Virus record (IMG/VR): IMGVR_UViG_3300022074_005559
Reading direction: 5' to 3' (one strand)
DNA length: 64,000 bases
Origin: a virus
Lineage: Duplodnaviria; Caudoviricetes
Shown: positions 27,869 to 37,632 of the stretch, piece after piece
How the letters are laid out: every line of letters starts with the position of its first letter
How positions within the stretch are numbered: position 1 is the first letter of the stretch
Translations under genes and position numbers: made by a program
The notes under the pieces: model-generated
Told to the model about the DNA's origin: nothing
The model's input: the letters and a program-made list of their open reading frames with translations, nothing else
Database searches by the model: none

Positions 27869-28486
27869 ATGTCAGTTTCATCATTAACAAAGTTTACAGT
27901 ACCTATTGACGGTGATCAGAGTGCATCAAGCCAAGGCTTGTTGATGCCAAAACTAAAGTATCGCTTTAGAGCGAGCTTTGAAAACTTTGGTATTAGTACT
28001 CCACGTACTGAAATGACTAAACAAGTTATGAATATCACAAGACCTGCAGTGACTTTTGAAGAACAGCAGATTGATATCTACAACAGTAAAGTCTATTTGG
28101 TAGGTAAGCACACTTGGGATCCTGTGACTATCACTATGCGTGATGATGTAAACGGTGGCGTCACAAAGTTGTGTGGAGAGCAAATCCAGAAGCAGTTTGA
28201 CTTTATGGAGCAGAGCAGTGCTAGTTCAGGTATTGACTACAAGTTCGTTACACGTTTTGAACTACTAGACGGCGGTAACGGTGCTAACACTCCATCAGTG
28301 TTGGAAACATGGGAACTATATGGATGCTTTGTACAAAACATCAACTATGGTGATTTAGATTACGCATCACAAGATCCAGCAACCATTACTTTGCAACTTA
28401 GATTTGACAACGCTGTGCAATCTCCACTAGGTGATGGCATTGGTGCTGCAGTAACGAGAACACTTGGTCAAACAGTAACTGGCTAA
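27869..28486 (+). CDS. gp19: Tail tube protein
   Basis: LMPKLKYRFR, VYLVGKHTW.PVTITMRDD, ETWELYGCF, ITLQLRFDNA; late promoter 27833-27840. Confidence 0.85.
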   Translation: MSVSSLTKFTVPIDGDQSASSQGLLMPKLKYRFRASFENFGISTPRTEMTKQVMNITRPAVTFEEQQIDIYNSKVYLVGKHTWDPVTITMRDDVNGGVTKLCGEQIQKQFDFMEQSSASSGIDYKFVTRFELLDGGNGANTPSVLETWELYGCFVQNINYGDLDYASQDPATITLQLRFDNAVQSPLGDGIGAAVTRTLGQTVTG

Positions 28487-28498
28487 TAGGAGTTTTCT

Positions 28499-29761
28499 AT
28501 GGCTAGTGTGAATCCATTACTAAATGGTTTATCAGCGACAGGTACAGTGCGTGACTACAAACATGGGTCACGCACTTTTGTTGATAACAACTTTGAACTA
28601 CAACCACGTTACAGTAATCTGTTTCATGTTGTGTTTGAGTTTACACCTGACGCAAGTACTTTATTCAATACAGTTGATCAACTGGAAATACCTATACTTG
28701 TAAAAAGTGTAGATCTTCCAGCATATACTATTGACGTACAAACACACAATCAGTATAATAGAAGAACACAGAGCCATCACAGAATAGACTATCAACCTAT
28801 TACAGTAAGATTCCATGATGACCAAAAAGAAGTTATTAGAAATATGTGGCACAAATACTACATATACTACAACGCGGATCCAACATACGCATTAGATGGA
28901 AACAGTTATACTACTACAGACAAGTACACAGATCGCACACAACAACAATGGGGCATGCAAAGAGGCAACAAAAGGTTCTTTAAAAACATTAAAATATACA
29001 GCATGCACAATCATAAGTTTGCTGAATACACGCTGATTAATCCTATTATTACAAGTTTTCAGCATGATGCTCATGCTTATGCTAGTGGTGCATTGATGGA
29101 GCATACAATGCAACTTGCATATGAAACTGTAAAATATGCAACTGGTTATGTGAATAATATTAGCCCACGTGGATTTGGTGATATACATTACGATGTTGAG
29201 ACCAGTGATCTAAGTAATAATCTGCCAGAAAACCAAGCATTTATTGATGGTAGTTTACAAAGTGTAGAAGGACAACGAAGTAGAGACTTGTTCCAAGGCA
29301 ATGTTATTGGTGTCATCAAAGATGCAACCATAATACATGATGAAGCAAGACTTGGCTTTAACCTTACCGGAGGATTGTTGCAGGATACCCTTGCTATTGT
29401 TGCAAACAATGCACTGACAGGCAAGAAACTAAGCAGTAATGTTCTTGTGCCTGTGACAGGTGCTATTGAAGCGGCTGTAACAAATAAAGTTAATGAAGTT
29501 GGCATAGTATCAGCTGCAGAAGGCTATATAAAATCAGGTGTAAACTTTGTAGGTGATTTGTTTGAGGGAAAAGTTTCAAGTCAAGGACAAAACATACAAA
29601 CACAAAACAACACTAGAAGAGTTAGTCAAAATAACTTCGGTGGTGCTAAAATAGCTCCAAGCGGAGATAGAACACAGAGTTACCCAGGTAAAATCAGTGA
29701 TACAAATCTTGTAGCAGACTTCGCTAGAGGGTTAGGTATTGGTAACAACAGGATAAGTTAA
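28499..29761 (+). CDS. Baseplate tail-tube junction protein (gp48/gp54-like)
   Basis: Tube-fold motifs LVKSVDLP.YTI, YQPITVRFHDD, EYTLINPIITSF, MQLAYE; follows gp19. Confidence 0.65.
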   Translation: MASVNPLLNGLSATGTVRDYKHGSRTFVDNNFELQPRYSNLFHVVFEFTPDASTLFNTVDQLEIPILVKSVDLPAYTIDVQTHNQYNRRTQSHHRIDYQPITVRFHDDQKEVIRNMWHKYYIYYNADPTYALDGNSYTTTDKYTDRTQQQWGMQRGNKRFFKNIKIYSMHNHKFAEYTLINPIITSFQHDAHAYASGALMEHTMQLAYETVKYATGYVNNISPRGFGDIHYDVETSDLSNNLPENQAFIDGSLQSVEGQRSRDLFQGNVIGVIKDATIIHDEARLGFNLTGGLLQDTLAIVANNALTGKKLSSNVLVPVTGAIEAAVTNKVNEVGIVSAAEGYIKSGVNFVGDLFEGKVSSQGQNIQTQNNTRRVSQNNFGGAKIAPSGDRTQSYPGKISDTNLVADFARGLGIGNNRIS

Positions 29762-30132
29762 TGTCTCAAAATACAAATCTACCTCTAACAAATCCAGCTG
29801 ATGTTTTTGACCAGCGTGTGCAAGATTATTTTGTTAACTATTTTGCTGACGATATTGTTATGACTGACAATGAATACGAAGCAGCAAAATCATTTTTTAT
29901 TGCTAGAACTAACACAGAAGAAGCAGCCGCTGCACTTACTGCGGCAACTGTAGAAGCCGCAAACAGATTAAACATTTATATTTTAGATGTCCTTAAACAG
30001 TTTGAAGATAGCGAAGATCTTAAAAGTGCAGTTCCAACTTTTTTAAATCTCAGTCGTAGATCAACTAGTTTGCTAGGATACGAAGCAGACATTCAGCCAA
30101 CAGAAAATATGAAACGCCAAGTGGAGGCGTAA
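29761..30132 (+). CDS. Hypothetical structural protein
   Basis: Translationally coupled between the gp48/54-like gene and gp4. Confidence 0.6.
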   Translation: MSQNTNLPLTNPADVFDQRVQDYFVNYFADDIVMTDNEYEAAKSFFIARTNTEEAAAALTAATVEAANRLNIYILDVLKQFEDSEDLKSAVPTFLNLSRRSTSLLGYEADIQPTENMKRQVEA

Positions 30133-30133
30133 C

Positions 30134-30574
30134 ATGTTCAGCCGTAACAAATACGCAAACGGTATATATACAATCAAGAATCCAGGAAAATATAGCGGCA
30201 ACAAAGAGCCTCGCTATCGAAGTGCCTGGGAACATGCGTTTATGCGCTTTTGTGATAATCATCCAAGTGTTATTAGTTGGGCTAGTGAAGCAATATCTAT
30301 ACCATATCGTAATCCACTGACAGGCAAAGGTACTATATATGTGCCTGACTTTGTTGTAGTATATCAAAACAAACAAGGTCAAAAACATGCCGAGCTTATT
30401 GAAATCAAACCTAAAGCACAGACCATGCTTACCGAAAAGACTCGTGAAAAAGAGAAACTAGCAATCGCTATTAACCATGCAAAGTGGGAAGCGGCTGCAA
30501 AGTGGGCGAAACACAAAGGTCTTCGCTTTCGTGTCGTGACAGAAGACGACATATTTCACAACGGTAAACGCTAG
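30134..30574 (+). CDS. gp4: Head completion nuclease (gp4-like, TnsA fold)
   Basis: YRSAWE..FM.FCD.HP.V..WASE...IPY, YVPDF, LIEIKP, KWEAA. Confidence 0.85.
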   Translation: MFSRNKYANGIYTIKNPGKYSGNKEPRYRSAWEHAFMRFCDNHPSVISWASEAISIPYRNPLTGKGTIYVPDFVVVYQNKQGQKHAELIEIKPKAQTMLTEKTREKEKLAIAINHAKWEAAAKWAKHKGLRFRVVTEDDIFHNGKR

Positions 30575-30613
30575 CACTAAGTACTAGTACTTCATACAAT
30601 CCTAGGAGAATCA

Positions 30614-31651
30614 TTGATGTTAATAGACATTGTTGCAAACAAGCCTCTGCAAAACTTCTATTTGCAGGACGTAGACGGCAACATAGTAAACTTTGAATGT
30701 GGAAAGTTTTTTGATGTATCTTATACTTGGTATAAACTAGTGATTGAATATCCTGGCAGTAAACTAAAAATACAAGATATCAAGATAAACGGACGTACAT
30801 TGGAAAACTTGCTATATAGTGGATGGTTTTTAGAAACAAGCACAGGAAACAAAGTTTGTCCAGGTACAACATTATATACTCAAGGACAGTATGAAATCTG
30901 GATACATCCAAATATTGGACTGATATGGCAAACGTTAAAAGAAAGTATTGTACATCGAGATTTTAGTACTAACTTATTTGACAAGTATATACACACTATA
31001 GATACTCCTGTAACACTAAGCACAGACTATCCTGAGCATGTGAGAGGTTTCTTTTCACATAGCAATGGTCCTAGATGGTGGCGTAAAAACAGTGTAACCA
31101 CTCCTTACGAAACACTAGATCCTAGTGTGCTTGCAGACATTGATAAGAAAAAACTATTAGCAGAAATGGATGCAATGTGCGAGTTTAACAGAGATAGCAA
31201 AGAGTTTGCCTTTCCTAAAAAAGGAGTTGAACTCCGAGGAGGACGCAGATGTTTCAGAGAAAGCCCGTATTTGCCTTTTACAGAGATAGAAGATTTGCCA
31301 GGAGAAGAACTGCAAAAACTCTGTAAACTTGTTGGATTTAAACGTATGCTTGCAGTAACATTGCAAACACAATATCCAGGTGAAACATTTGCTCCACATG
31401 TGGATACACACTATGAACAGGAAACAAAAATGCACTTGCAAGGCCCTTGTAGTTTTGTGCTTAATCTAGCAGAGGACACAAAGGGACATTACTTTAAAGT
31501 AAGTCAAGCAGGATTGATAAACTTGGATCATGGCACTTTCTTTAACTTTAACTACTGTCATGCTACATGGAACAACAGTGATGTAGTAAGACCTTTGTGC
31601 ATATTGTTTGGAGAACGTGACAACGAGATAAACTGGTATCTCAATAACTAG
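30614..31651 (+). CDS. Protein with a C-terminal cupin/2OG-Fe(II) (Asp/Asn hydroxylase-like) domain
   Basis: PGETFAPHVD...FN...HATWNNSDVVR..LCI.G (HxD...H facial triad). Confidence 0.55.
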   Translation: MMLIDIVANKPLQNFYLQDVDGNIVNFECGKFFDVSYTWYKLVIEYPGSKLKIQDIKINGRTLENLLYSGWFLETSTGNKVCPGTTLYTQGQYEIWIHPNIGLIWQTLKESIVHRDFSTNLFDKYIHTIDTPVTLSTDYPEHVRGFFSHSNGPRWWRKNSVTTPYETLDPSVLADIDKKKLLAEMDAMCEFNRDSKEFAFPKKGVELRGGRRCFRESPYLPFTEIEDLPGEELQKLCKLVGFKRMLAVTLQTQYPGETFAPHVDTHYEQETKMHLQGPCSFVLNLAEDTKGHYFKVSQAGLINLDHGTFFNFNYCHATWNNSDVVRPLCILFGERDNEINWYLNN

Positions 31652-31660
31652 GAAAATATT

Positions 31661-32173
31661 ATGACTAAAAAACTAGAAGAACTATTTGATTTAGATACAA
31701 CAGATCAACTAGACATCACAGCAGAAGAAAACAAGGAAGTCGTTGAAACTGTTACAGCGGAAGATATTCCACAACTGCAAACTGCGCTAACAAATGTAGA
31801 CAAGATTGATGCTGCACTGCCTAGTGTGAAAGACTTGGAAAGCAGTGATAAAGAAATGGATGATATTGCACAGATGGCACAGGACACATTTAAAGACTTA
31901 ATGGATCTTGGCATGAATGTAGAAGCACGTTTTAGTGGCGAAATCTTCAGCAATGCAAGCCGTATGTTGGATACTGCGCTGAGTGCAAAAGCACACAAAG
32001 TAAACAAAAAACTAAAAATGGTTGACCTACAGTTGAAAAAAGCCAATCTTGATGCTAGACTTGCTAAAGAAGCAAAAGCAAATGGCGAAGATACTGAAGA
32101 AGGTGATGGTCAAGTAGTAGATAGAAACGCTCTGCTTATGGAGATTTTAGGCAGAAATAATCCAGAAAAGTAA
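31661..32173 (+). CDS. Putative terminase small subunit (gp16-like)
   Basis: Coiled-coil core (EIFSNASRML...KKLKMVDLQLKK), C-terminal VDRNALL; upstream of the large terminase. Confidence 0.5.
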   Translation: MTKKLEELFDLDTTDQLDITAEENKEVVETVTAEDIPQLQTALTNVDKIDAALPSVKDLESSDKEMDDIAQMAQDTFKDLMDLGMNVEARFSGEIFSNASRMLDTALSAKAHKVNKKLKMVDLQLKKANLDARLAKEAKANGEDTEEGDGQVVDRNALLMEILGRNNPEK

Positions 32174-32205
32174 TAAATAGTAGTATATTAGCAAGGAATA
32201 CGGCA

Positions 32206-32712
32206 ATGAAAAGTTTTAGAAGTTATCTTGTAGAAAGCGAACAAACATATAAGTTTCGCATTAAAATGGCAGAAAAGTGCAGTGATGAAACAATGGACGC
32301 ACTAGAGACTGCTCTACAGAAATATGATATGAAGAGTATGAGCAAGCCAAAGAAAACTCCTATTCAAGAACATCCAATGGATTTTCAAACACTTACAAAT
32401 GCAGAAGTGTTTATCATGGATACAGAACTACAGTATCCAGTAACTGCACATCAGCTATATGAATATATTAGTCAAACTGTTGGCGTTCCTGCTAGTCATT
32501 TAGTTGTTATTGACCAAGCCCATCCTGAAGAGATTGCTCGTGAAGAAGCACTTAAAGAGGAAGGTGATGAGTATGAAGCAAAACTAGATGATGCAGAATA
32601 CAAAGATGCGGATAAGATCAAAGCAGAAGATCACTTTGGTGACAAGTACAACGAGAACATGCTTAAAGATTTGGAAACCCGCAAGTACGAGTTTGCTAAG
32701 GAAGAAAAATGA
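32206..32712 (+). CDS. Putative internal head protein
   Basis: N-terminal MKSFRSYLVE resembles T4 capsid-targeting sequences; late promoter 32172-32179. Confidence 0.55.
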   Translation: MKSFRSYLVESEQTYKFRIKMAEKCSDETMDALETALQKYDMKSMSKPKKTPIQEHPMDFQTLTNAEVFIMDTELQYPVTAHQLYEYISQTVGVPASHLVVIDQAHPEEIAREEALKEEGDEYEAKLDDAEYKDADKIKAEDHFGDKYNENMLKDLETRKYEFAKEEK

Positions 32713-33494
32713 GAGATCTACTAGAATCCCTGGACAGTATTGCAGAACAAGATCTAGACGAGCGTGTAACTTATAGTACACTTGCTAAACTAAGCGGTAT
32801 TGAAAACCCAGATAAGATTTATCCAGGTCAAAAGATTACACTGCCGGGCGGCGGCAGTTACACAGTAAAGCGTGGCGATACACTTAGTGGTATAGCACAG
32901 GATTACAGACTAGGTAATATTGGTAAATCAGGCCCTGATGGAAAATATGACGGTGATGACTTGGGTAATGCTCCTACAACTAAAAAAGGTAAAGGACCTG
33001 ATCCACTAAACATCATGAATCCATCACCTGAAGTCAGAGCAAAAGTAAAAGACAGACCTAAACAAGGTGGCGCTGATCCGTTAGGCATTTTTAGCCCTAA
33101 AAACAAAGCCGAGCCAAAAGCTACAAAAGCAGTAGACACAAAACCAGTAGACCAGACAGCTCAAATAACAAACAAATACAATGCGATTAAAAACATGGCA
33201 GGGGATAAAGCTGCAGACGTTTTTGCAAAAGGTGTACAGTCAGATCCAAGGGCATCACAAGATACTAAAAATGCTTTGCCTAATACATATTCTACGGATA
33301 AAGACGGCAAAATTACACCAGTTAGCAATCCTATTCAACCTAAAATGAAGCCTGCTGATCAACCTAAACCTCAGCCAACGCCAACTAAGCAACAACGTGC
33401 AGATAGTTTGTATCAGCAGATCAAAAGCATGGTTGATGCCAAGCCCAGCACAAGCGGGCAAATGAAACGATTTAACACCGGAGACAAAAAATGA
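32709..33494 (+). CDS. Protein with a circularly permuted LysM domain and a Lys/Pro-rich tail
   Basis: LAKLSGIENPDKIYPGQKITLP-GGGS-YTVKRGDTLSGIAQDY. Confidence 0.75.
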   Translation: MRDLLESLDSIAEQDLDERVTYSTLAKLSGIENPDKIYPGQKITLPGGGSYTVKRGDTLSGIAQDYRLGNIGKSGPDGKYDGDDLGNAPTTKKGKGPDPLNIMNPSPEVRAKVKDRPKQGGADPLGIFSPKNKAEPKATKAVDTKPVDQTAQITNKYNAIKNMAGDKAADVFAKGVQSDPRASQDTKNALPNTYSTDKDGKITPVSNPIQPKMKPADQPKPQPTPTKQQRADSLYQQIKSMVDAKPSTSGQMKRFNTGDKK

Positions 33495-34255
33495 ATATTG
33501 CTGAACTTAGAAACAGACTAGCAGATATCGCAGCTGAACTTGCAGAGCAAGACATTCAGCAAGAAGATGTTGCAGTTGAAGGCAAAAAAGATGACGAAGA
33601 GCATGAGTTAGAAAAACTTATGAAAGGTTCGCCAATTGATATAGATGCATCAGGCCCAATGAATTCAAAGAAAATGAAGAAAGAAGCAGTTAAAGAAGTA
33701 GAAACACCTGAAGCAGAACTAGAGTTTGCTGAAGAAGATGACCTAGAAGTTGAAGAAGCAGAAGAAGTTTCTGAGGAAGAAGTTGAAGAAACTGTTGAAG
33801 TTCCTGTAGCTGCACTTGAAGAACTTATGCAACTAGCAGGTTTTGATGGATACAAGCCAGTACAAGAATATGCTAACGAGCCAGAAGAAGAATACATGGA
33901 CATTGAAGATCAACTTATTGGTCTAAGTGGCGGACTTAACGGACCTAAGAATATGCATCCTGCAGCAGCTGGTGGTGACAATCCAATGGATCAAGAGCCA
34001 CGCAAAGTTGAAGAAGAAGACACTATTGAAAGTGTAGAACAAAATCTATACAAGTCTTACAAAGACTTTTTAGAAGCACAAGAGATTGAACTTGACGAAG
34101 AACAAGCTGATGAAGGAATCCAAGCAGTAGCAACTAAAGACGGAAAAATCATTGCAGGTGCTGGCAAAGGTGGTACTAGTAAATCCTGGTTGAAAAACAG
34201 AGACAGCAAGTACGATGATGCTCCTCTAAGACAAGTTAGAAAAGATATGAAGTAA
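33491..34255 (+). CDS. Highly acidic putative prohead core/internal protein
   Basis: Glu-rich, many [ILV]xE sites, LEELMQLAG motif. Confidence 0.6.
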   Translation: MNIAELRNRLADIAAELAEQDIQQEDVAVEGKKDDEEHELEKLMKGSPIDIDASGPMNSKKMKKEAVKEVETPEAELEFAEEDDLEVEEAEEVSEEEVEETVEVPVAALEELMQLAGFDGYKPVQEYANEPEEEYMDIEDQLIGLSGGLNGPKNMHPAAAGGDNPMDQEPRKVEEEDTIESVEQNLYKSYKDFLEAQEIELDEEQADEGIQAVATKDGKIIAGAGKGGTSKSWLKNRDSKYDDAPLRQVRKDMK

Positions 34256-34515
34256 TGCGTGATTTATTGGAAAGCCTAGACCAACTTACAACTGAAGCAT
34301 CAGGCGAGTTTGCAGAACCATTCTACGAACTACAAGATGATTACTGTGGCGGTGAATGTCCAAGCGATGCACACAAAGCACTTATTGACGAGCTTGTAAA
34401 CTTTATGAGCGGTGACGATATTAAACGCTTTGTCGCAGACTTCCGTAGAGAACATGACATGAATCACCCAGGTGAGGACGGCGACTACGGCGAGGATGAT
34501 CCAAACTTCAGTTGA
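34255..34515 (+). CDS. Small acidic protein sharing the MRDLLESLD N-terminus with 32709
   Basis: First 9 aa identical, with synonymous DNA differences. Confidence 0.65.
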   Translation: MRDLLESLDQLTTEASGEFAEPFYELQDDYCGGECPSDAHKALIDELVNFMSGDDIKRFVADFRREHDMNHPGEDGDYGEDDPNFS

Positions 34516-35075
34516 TTCTGTAACAACCGATGAATATAGCGGTGACCTTCGTCATTAGGATGTAAGTGATCCGCTATATATTTTGACTTACTTTTATTAT
34601 TACTTCCATCCGCACCTAATATTCCTACCATTCCTGGTACACAATCCACATGCATGTATCTTAGATTGTTTAACTCACATGTAGTTTCTACTATGTGACG
34701 AGGATACCAACCGTGTAACTGTTCTATGTAATCACAGTTTTGATGCAGTATATAATCACGAACGCTTTCTGTGTTTATACTGCCACGTTCTTTCTGTTGA
34801 ATGTAGTTCATATGTTCCCAACGCTGTTGGTACTTGTTGTACCAACTTTGCCTATTAGGATGACTCCATCCAAATATAACTAAATCATCAGGCGTAATAT
34901 CGGTGTAAGTTTCGCAAAACTTTAATGCTATGTGAGGATTACTAGCACTGCTTTCACTGCGTTGTATAAAGTCATAGCCTAACTGTTCTGCTATGAGTTG
35001 CCCATAACAGATAGTGGCTTCCTCGCCTAAACTAACACTACACCCGTACTGAACTAGTTTCACGATATTCGCCAT
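34485..35075 (-). CDS. SGNH/GDSL-like hydrolase or acyltransferase
   Basis: YGCSVS.G block I; DHLHPNDEGH block V. Confidence 0.6.
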   Translation of the reverse strand: MANIVKLVQYGCSVSLGEEATICYGQLIAEQLGYDFIQRSESSASNPHIALKFCETYTDITPDDLVIFGWSHPNRQSWYNKYQQRWEHMNYIQQKERGSINTESVRDYILHQNCDYIEQLHGWYPRHIVETTCELNNLRYMHVDCVPGMVGILGADGSNNKSKSKYIADHLHPNDEGHRYIHRLLQNQLKFGSSSP

Positions 35076-35583
35076 TTGGAATGTAGTCTAGCCATGATTG
35101 ATGTTTTACTTGAAACGGAAAACGGCTCCGAAGAGCCGCTAGTTGATATACATTTGGTTCAAACGGTTCCCGCATGGGCCGCCACAAATCACTGCCTTTG
35201 TCCCTATTGCAATCTTTGCAAGCACTAACAATGTTCATCCAACATGTAGTTCCGCCAGCACTACGAGGCTTTACATGGTCCATGGTAAGTTCTTTAAATG
35301 TATGTTCGTCTCCGCAATACTGACACTTAAACTCGTCACGCATATGTACATTGAATCTACTAAAGCGTACAGGTTTTTTAATGTGATGATAGCGTTTTGT
35401 CATGATAGTTGCAGGAACTTTCATGGTAGTTGTTGGACTGCTAACTTCCCAATCTTCATACCAGTTAAGCACTGTTATACGATCTTGAAAGTAAAGTTTG
35501 ACTGCTCTACGCCAGTCGATGACACTGACAGGGAACTGTGATATAGGTTGTCCACTTGTGTTTAAAAGTAGCGTATCACTCAT
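35038..35583 (-). CDS. HNH endonuclease (McrA-like)
   Basis: CQYCG, LTMDHVKPRSAGG...NIVSACKDCNRDKG; start at MSDTLLLN behind GGTAAATA. Confidence 0.85.
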   Translation of the reverse strand: MSDTLLLNTSGQPISQFPVSVIDWRRAVKLYFQDRITVLNWYEDWEVSSPTTTMKVPATIMTKRYHHIKKPVRFSRFNVHMRDEFKCQYCGDEHTFKELTMDHVKPRSAGGTTCWMNIVSACKDCNRDKGSDLWRPMREPFEPNVYQLAALRSRFPFQVKHQSWLDYIPNGEYRETSSVRV

Positions 35584-35627
35584 TGCACTATTATTTACCA
35601 CCCTGGGTTGTTTTTATAAATATTTGT

Positions 35628-36053
35628 ATGAGATATGTTGACAATCATTACATATCTGCTTTTAAGGATTGCATTGCGCAAACCAGTCAACATGCGGGCT
35701 ACACATTGCCAGAGGATGTAGAAGCATACTGTGCAATACTATTAGGCAGCTTTGTTGACCGTCCAGATTTTCTACCTGCGGATAGTTTTGCAGAAAGTTA
35801 TCTTCAATTAACGAGACGAGATAGCGCAAACGCAAAAGAACTTGCAGATGTGTGTTTGTTTGTAGTTAGTGTTTTTCCTGACTATGGAGTGAGCACAGAC
35901 TACTATATTAATATTGGCAAGACAAGTTATGACATTGCCAGTAAACAACTACATTATAACCTATTTCAGGATCTATGTCAACATTTTGAAATCGTCAGCG
36001 AAGTCATCAGACTAAGTACAACACCGCAACAGTTTAAAGTAAGGATTGGTTAA
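35628..36053 (+). CDS. Hypothetical helical protein
   Basis: ATG 5 nt after TATAAATA (35615-35622); LADVCLF...YYINIGKTSY; coupled to the terminase gene. Confidence 0.65.
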   Translation: MRYVDNHYISAFKDCIAQTSQHAGYTLPEDVEAYCAILLGSFVDRPDFLPADSFAESYLQLTRRDSANAKELADVCLFVVSVFPDYGVSTDYYINIGKTSYDIASKQLHYNLFQDLCQHFEIVSEVIRLSTTPQQFKVRIG

Positions 36054-37618
36054 TGTCTAAAAGCCTAGACGGTGTGCTAGTTAAAAAAGCATACAAAAAA
36101 GAAACATTTACTCGTGAACAACTCACAGAGTTTGCTAAGTGCGCCGATCCTAAGAACGGAGTAAAATACTTTCTCAGCAACTATTTTGCTATTCAGCACC
36201 CTACTAAAGGTCGTATGGTGTATAATCCGTTTGAATACCAAGAAAAACTTATAGACGTTTATCACAACTATCGCTTTAACATTAACATGTTGCCCAGACA
36301 AACAGGCAAATCAACAACAGCCGCAGGCTACTTGCTATGGTATGCAATGTTTGTACCAGACAGTGTAATCCTTATTGCGGCACACAAGTATGCTGGTGCG
36401 CAGGAGATTATGCAACGCATACGCTATGCTTATGAACTGTGTCCAGATCATATTCGTGCAGGTGTTACTAGTTATAACAAGGGTAGCATTGACTTTGATA
36501 ATGGCAGTCGTATTGTAGCACAAGCAACTACAGACAACACTGGTCGAGGCATGAGTATTACATTGCTATACTGTGATGAGTTTGCATTTGTGCGTCCTAG
36601 TATTGCTCGTGAGTTTTGGACTAGTATTTCGCCTACGCTAGCAACAGGTGGTAAGGCTATTATTACAAGTACACCTAACAGTGACGAAGACCAGTTTGCA
36701 ACTATTTGGCGTGATGCTAACAAAACATTTGATAGCGATGGAGAAGAAACAGATATAGGTGTTAATGGCTTTAAGAGTTACCGCAGTTACTGGTGGGAAC
36801 ATCCAGACAGAGACGATCAATGGAAAGCAGAAGAACTAGGTCGTATTGGAGAAGAACGTTTTAGACGTGAACACGATTGTGAGTTTATTATCTTCGATGA
36901 AACATTGATCGACAGTCTTGTGCTTACTAACATGATTGGCAATGATCCTAGTTTTAGACACGGCAAAGTACGTTGGTATAAAAAACCAGAAAAAGGCAAA
37001 AGTTATCTAGTAGGACTTGATCCTAGTTTGGGTACTGGCGGAGATCCAGCGGCTATTGAGATATTTGAAGTGCCTAGTATGATACAGGTAGGCGAATGGA
37101 GTCATAACAAAACTCCTATTCCACAACAAGTTCGCATATTAATGGACATAACAAAGTATCTAGTTGAGGAATGCGGTGATAACAATAGTGTGTACTACAG
37201 TGTAGAGAACAATACTATTGGCGAAGCAGCATTAATGAGCATTGCAGAAATAGGTGAAGAAAACATATCAGGATTTTTCTTAACAGAACCAAAATCACAC
37301 GGCAATGCTAGAGCATATAGAAGAGGCTTTAACACTACACATCGCAGTAAACTAACAGTCTGTGCTAAGTTCAAAACACTGGTAGAAACAGAAAAAGTAA
37401 AGATAAACAGCAAAGCTCTTATTAGTGAACTTAAAAGTTTCATTGCTAGTGGAAATAGTTACAGTGCTAAAGTAGGTGATACAGATGACCTAGTAATGGC
37501 AACACTGTTAGTAATGCGTATGGCACAAACGCTGAAAAGTTACAATCCAGAGCTTGATAGTCACATGGCAGACAGTGACGATTATAACATGGATCCGATG
37601 CCATTCATTATGATGTAG
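36053..37618 (+). CDS. gp17: Terminase large subunit
   Basis: Walker A PRQTGKS, Walker B LLYCDEFAF, IITSTPN, nuclease GLDPSLG.GGD, DDLVMA. Confidence 0.95.
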   Translation: MSKSLDGVLVKKAYKKETFTREQLTEFAKCADPKNGVKYFLSNYFAIQHPTKGRMVYNPFEYQEKLIDVYHNYRFNINMLPRQTGKSTTAAGYLLWYAMFVPDSVILIAAHKYAGAQEIMQRIRYAYELCPDHIRAGVTSYNKGSIDFDNGSRIVAQATTDNTGRGMSITLLYCDEFAFVRPSIAREFWTSISPTLATGGKAIITSTPNSDEDQFATIWRDANKTFDSDGEETDIGVNGFKSYRSYWWEHPDRDDQWKAEELGRIGEERFRREHDCEFIIFDETLIDSLVLTNMIGNDPSFRHGKVRWYKKPEKGKSYLVGLDPSLGTGGDPAAIEIFEVPSMIQVGEWSHNKTPIPQQVRILMDITKYLVEECGDNNSVYYSVENNTIGEAALMSIAEIGEENISGFFLTEPKSHGNARAYRRGFNTTHRSKLTVCAKFKTLVETEKVKINSKALISELKSFIASGNSYSAKVGDTDDLVMATLLVMRMAQTLKSYNPELDSHMADSDDYNMDPMPFIMM

Positions 37619-37632
37619 GCATAAATACATAT

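Noticed and set aside
30134-30574. TnsA-like transposase indicating a Tn7 element
   Set aside because: The motifs and position match the T4 gp4 head-completion nuclease; no TnsB/C or terminal repeats are present.
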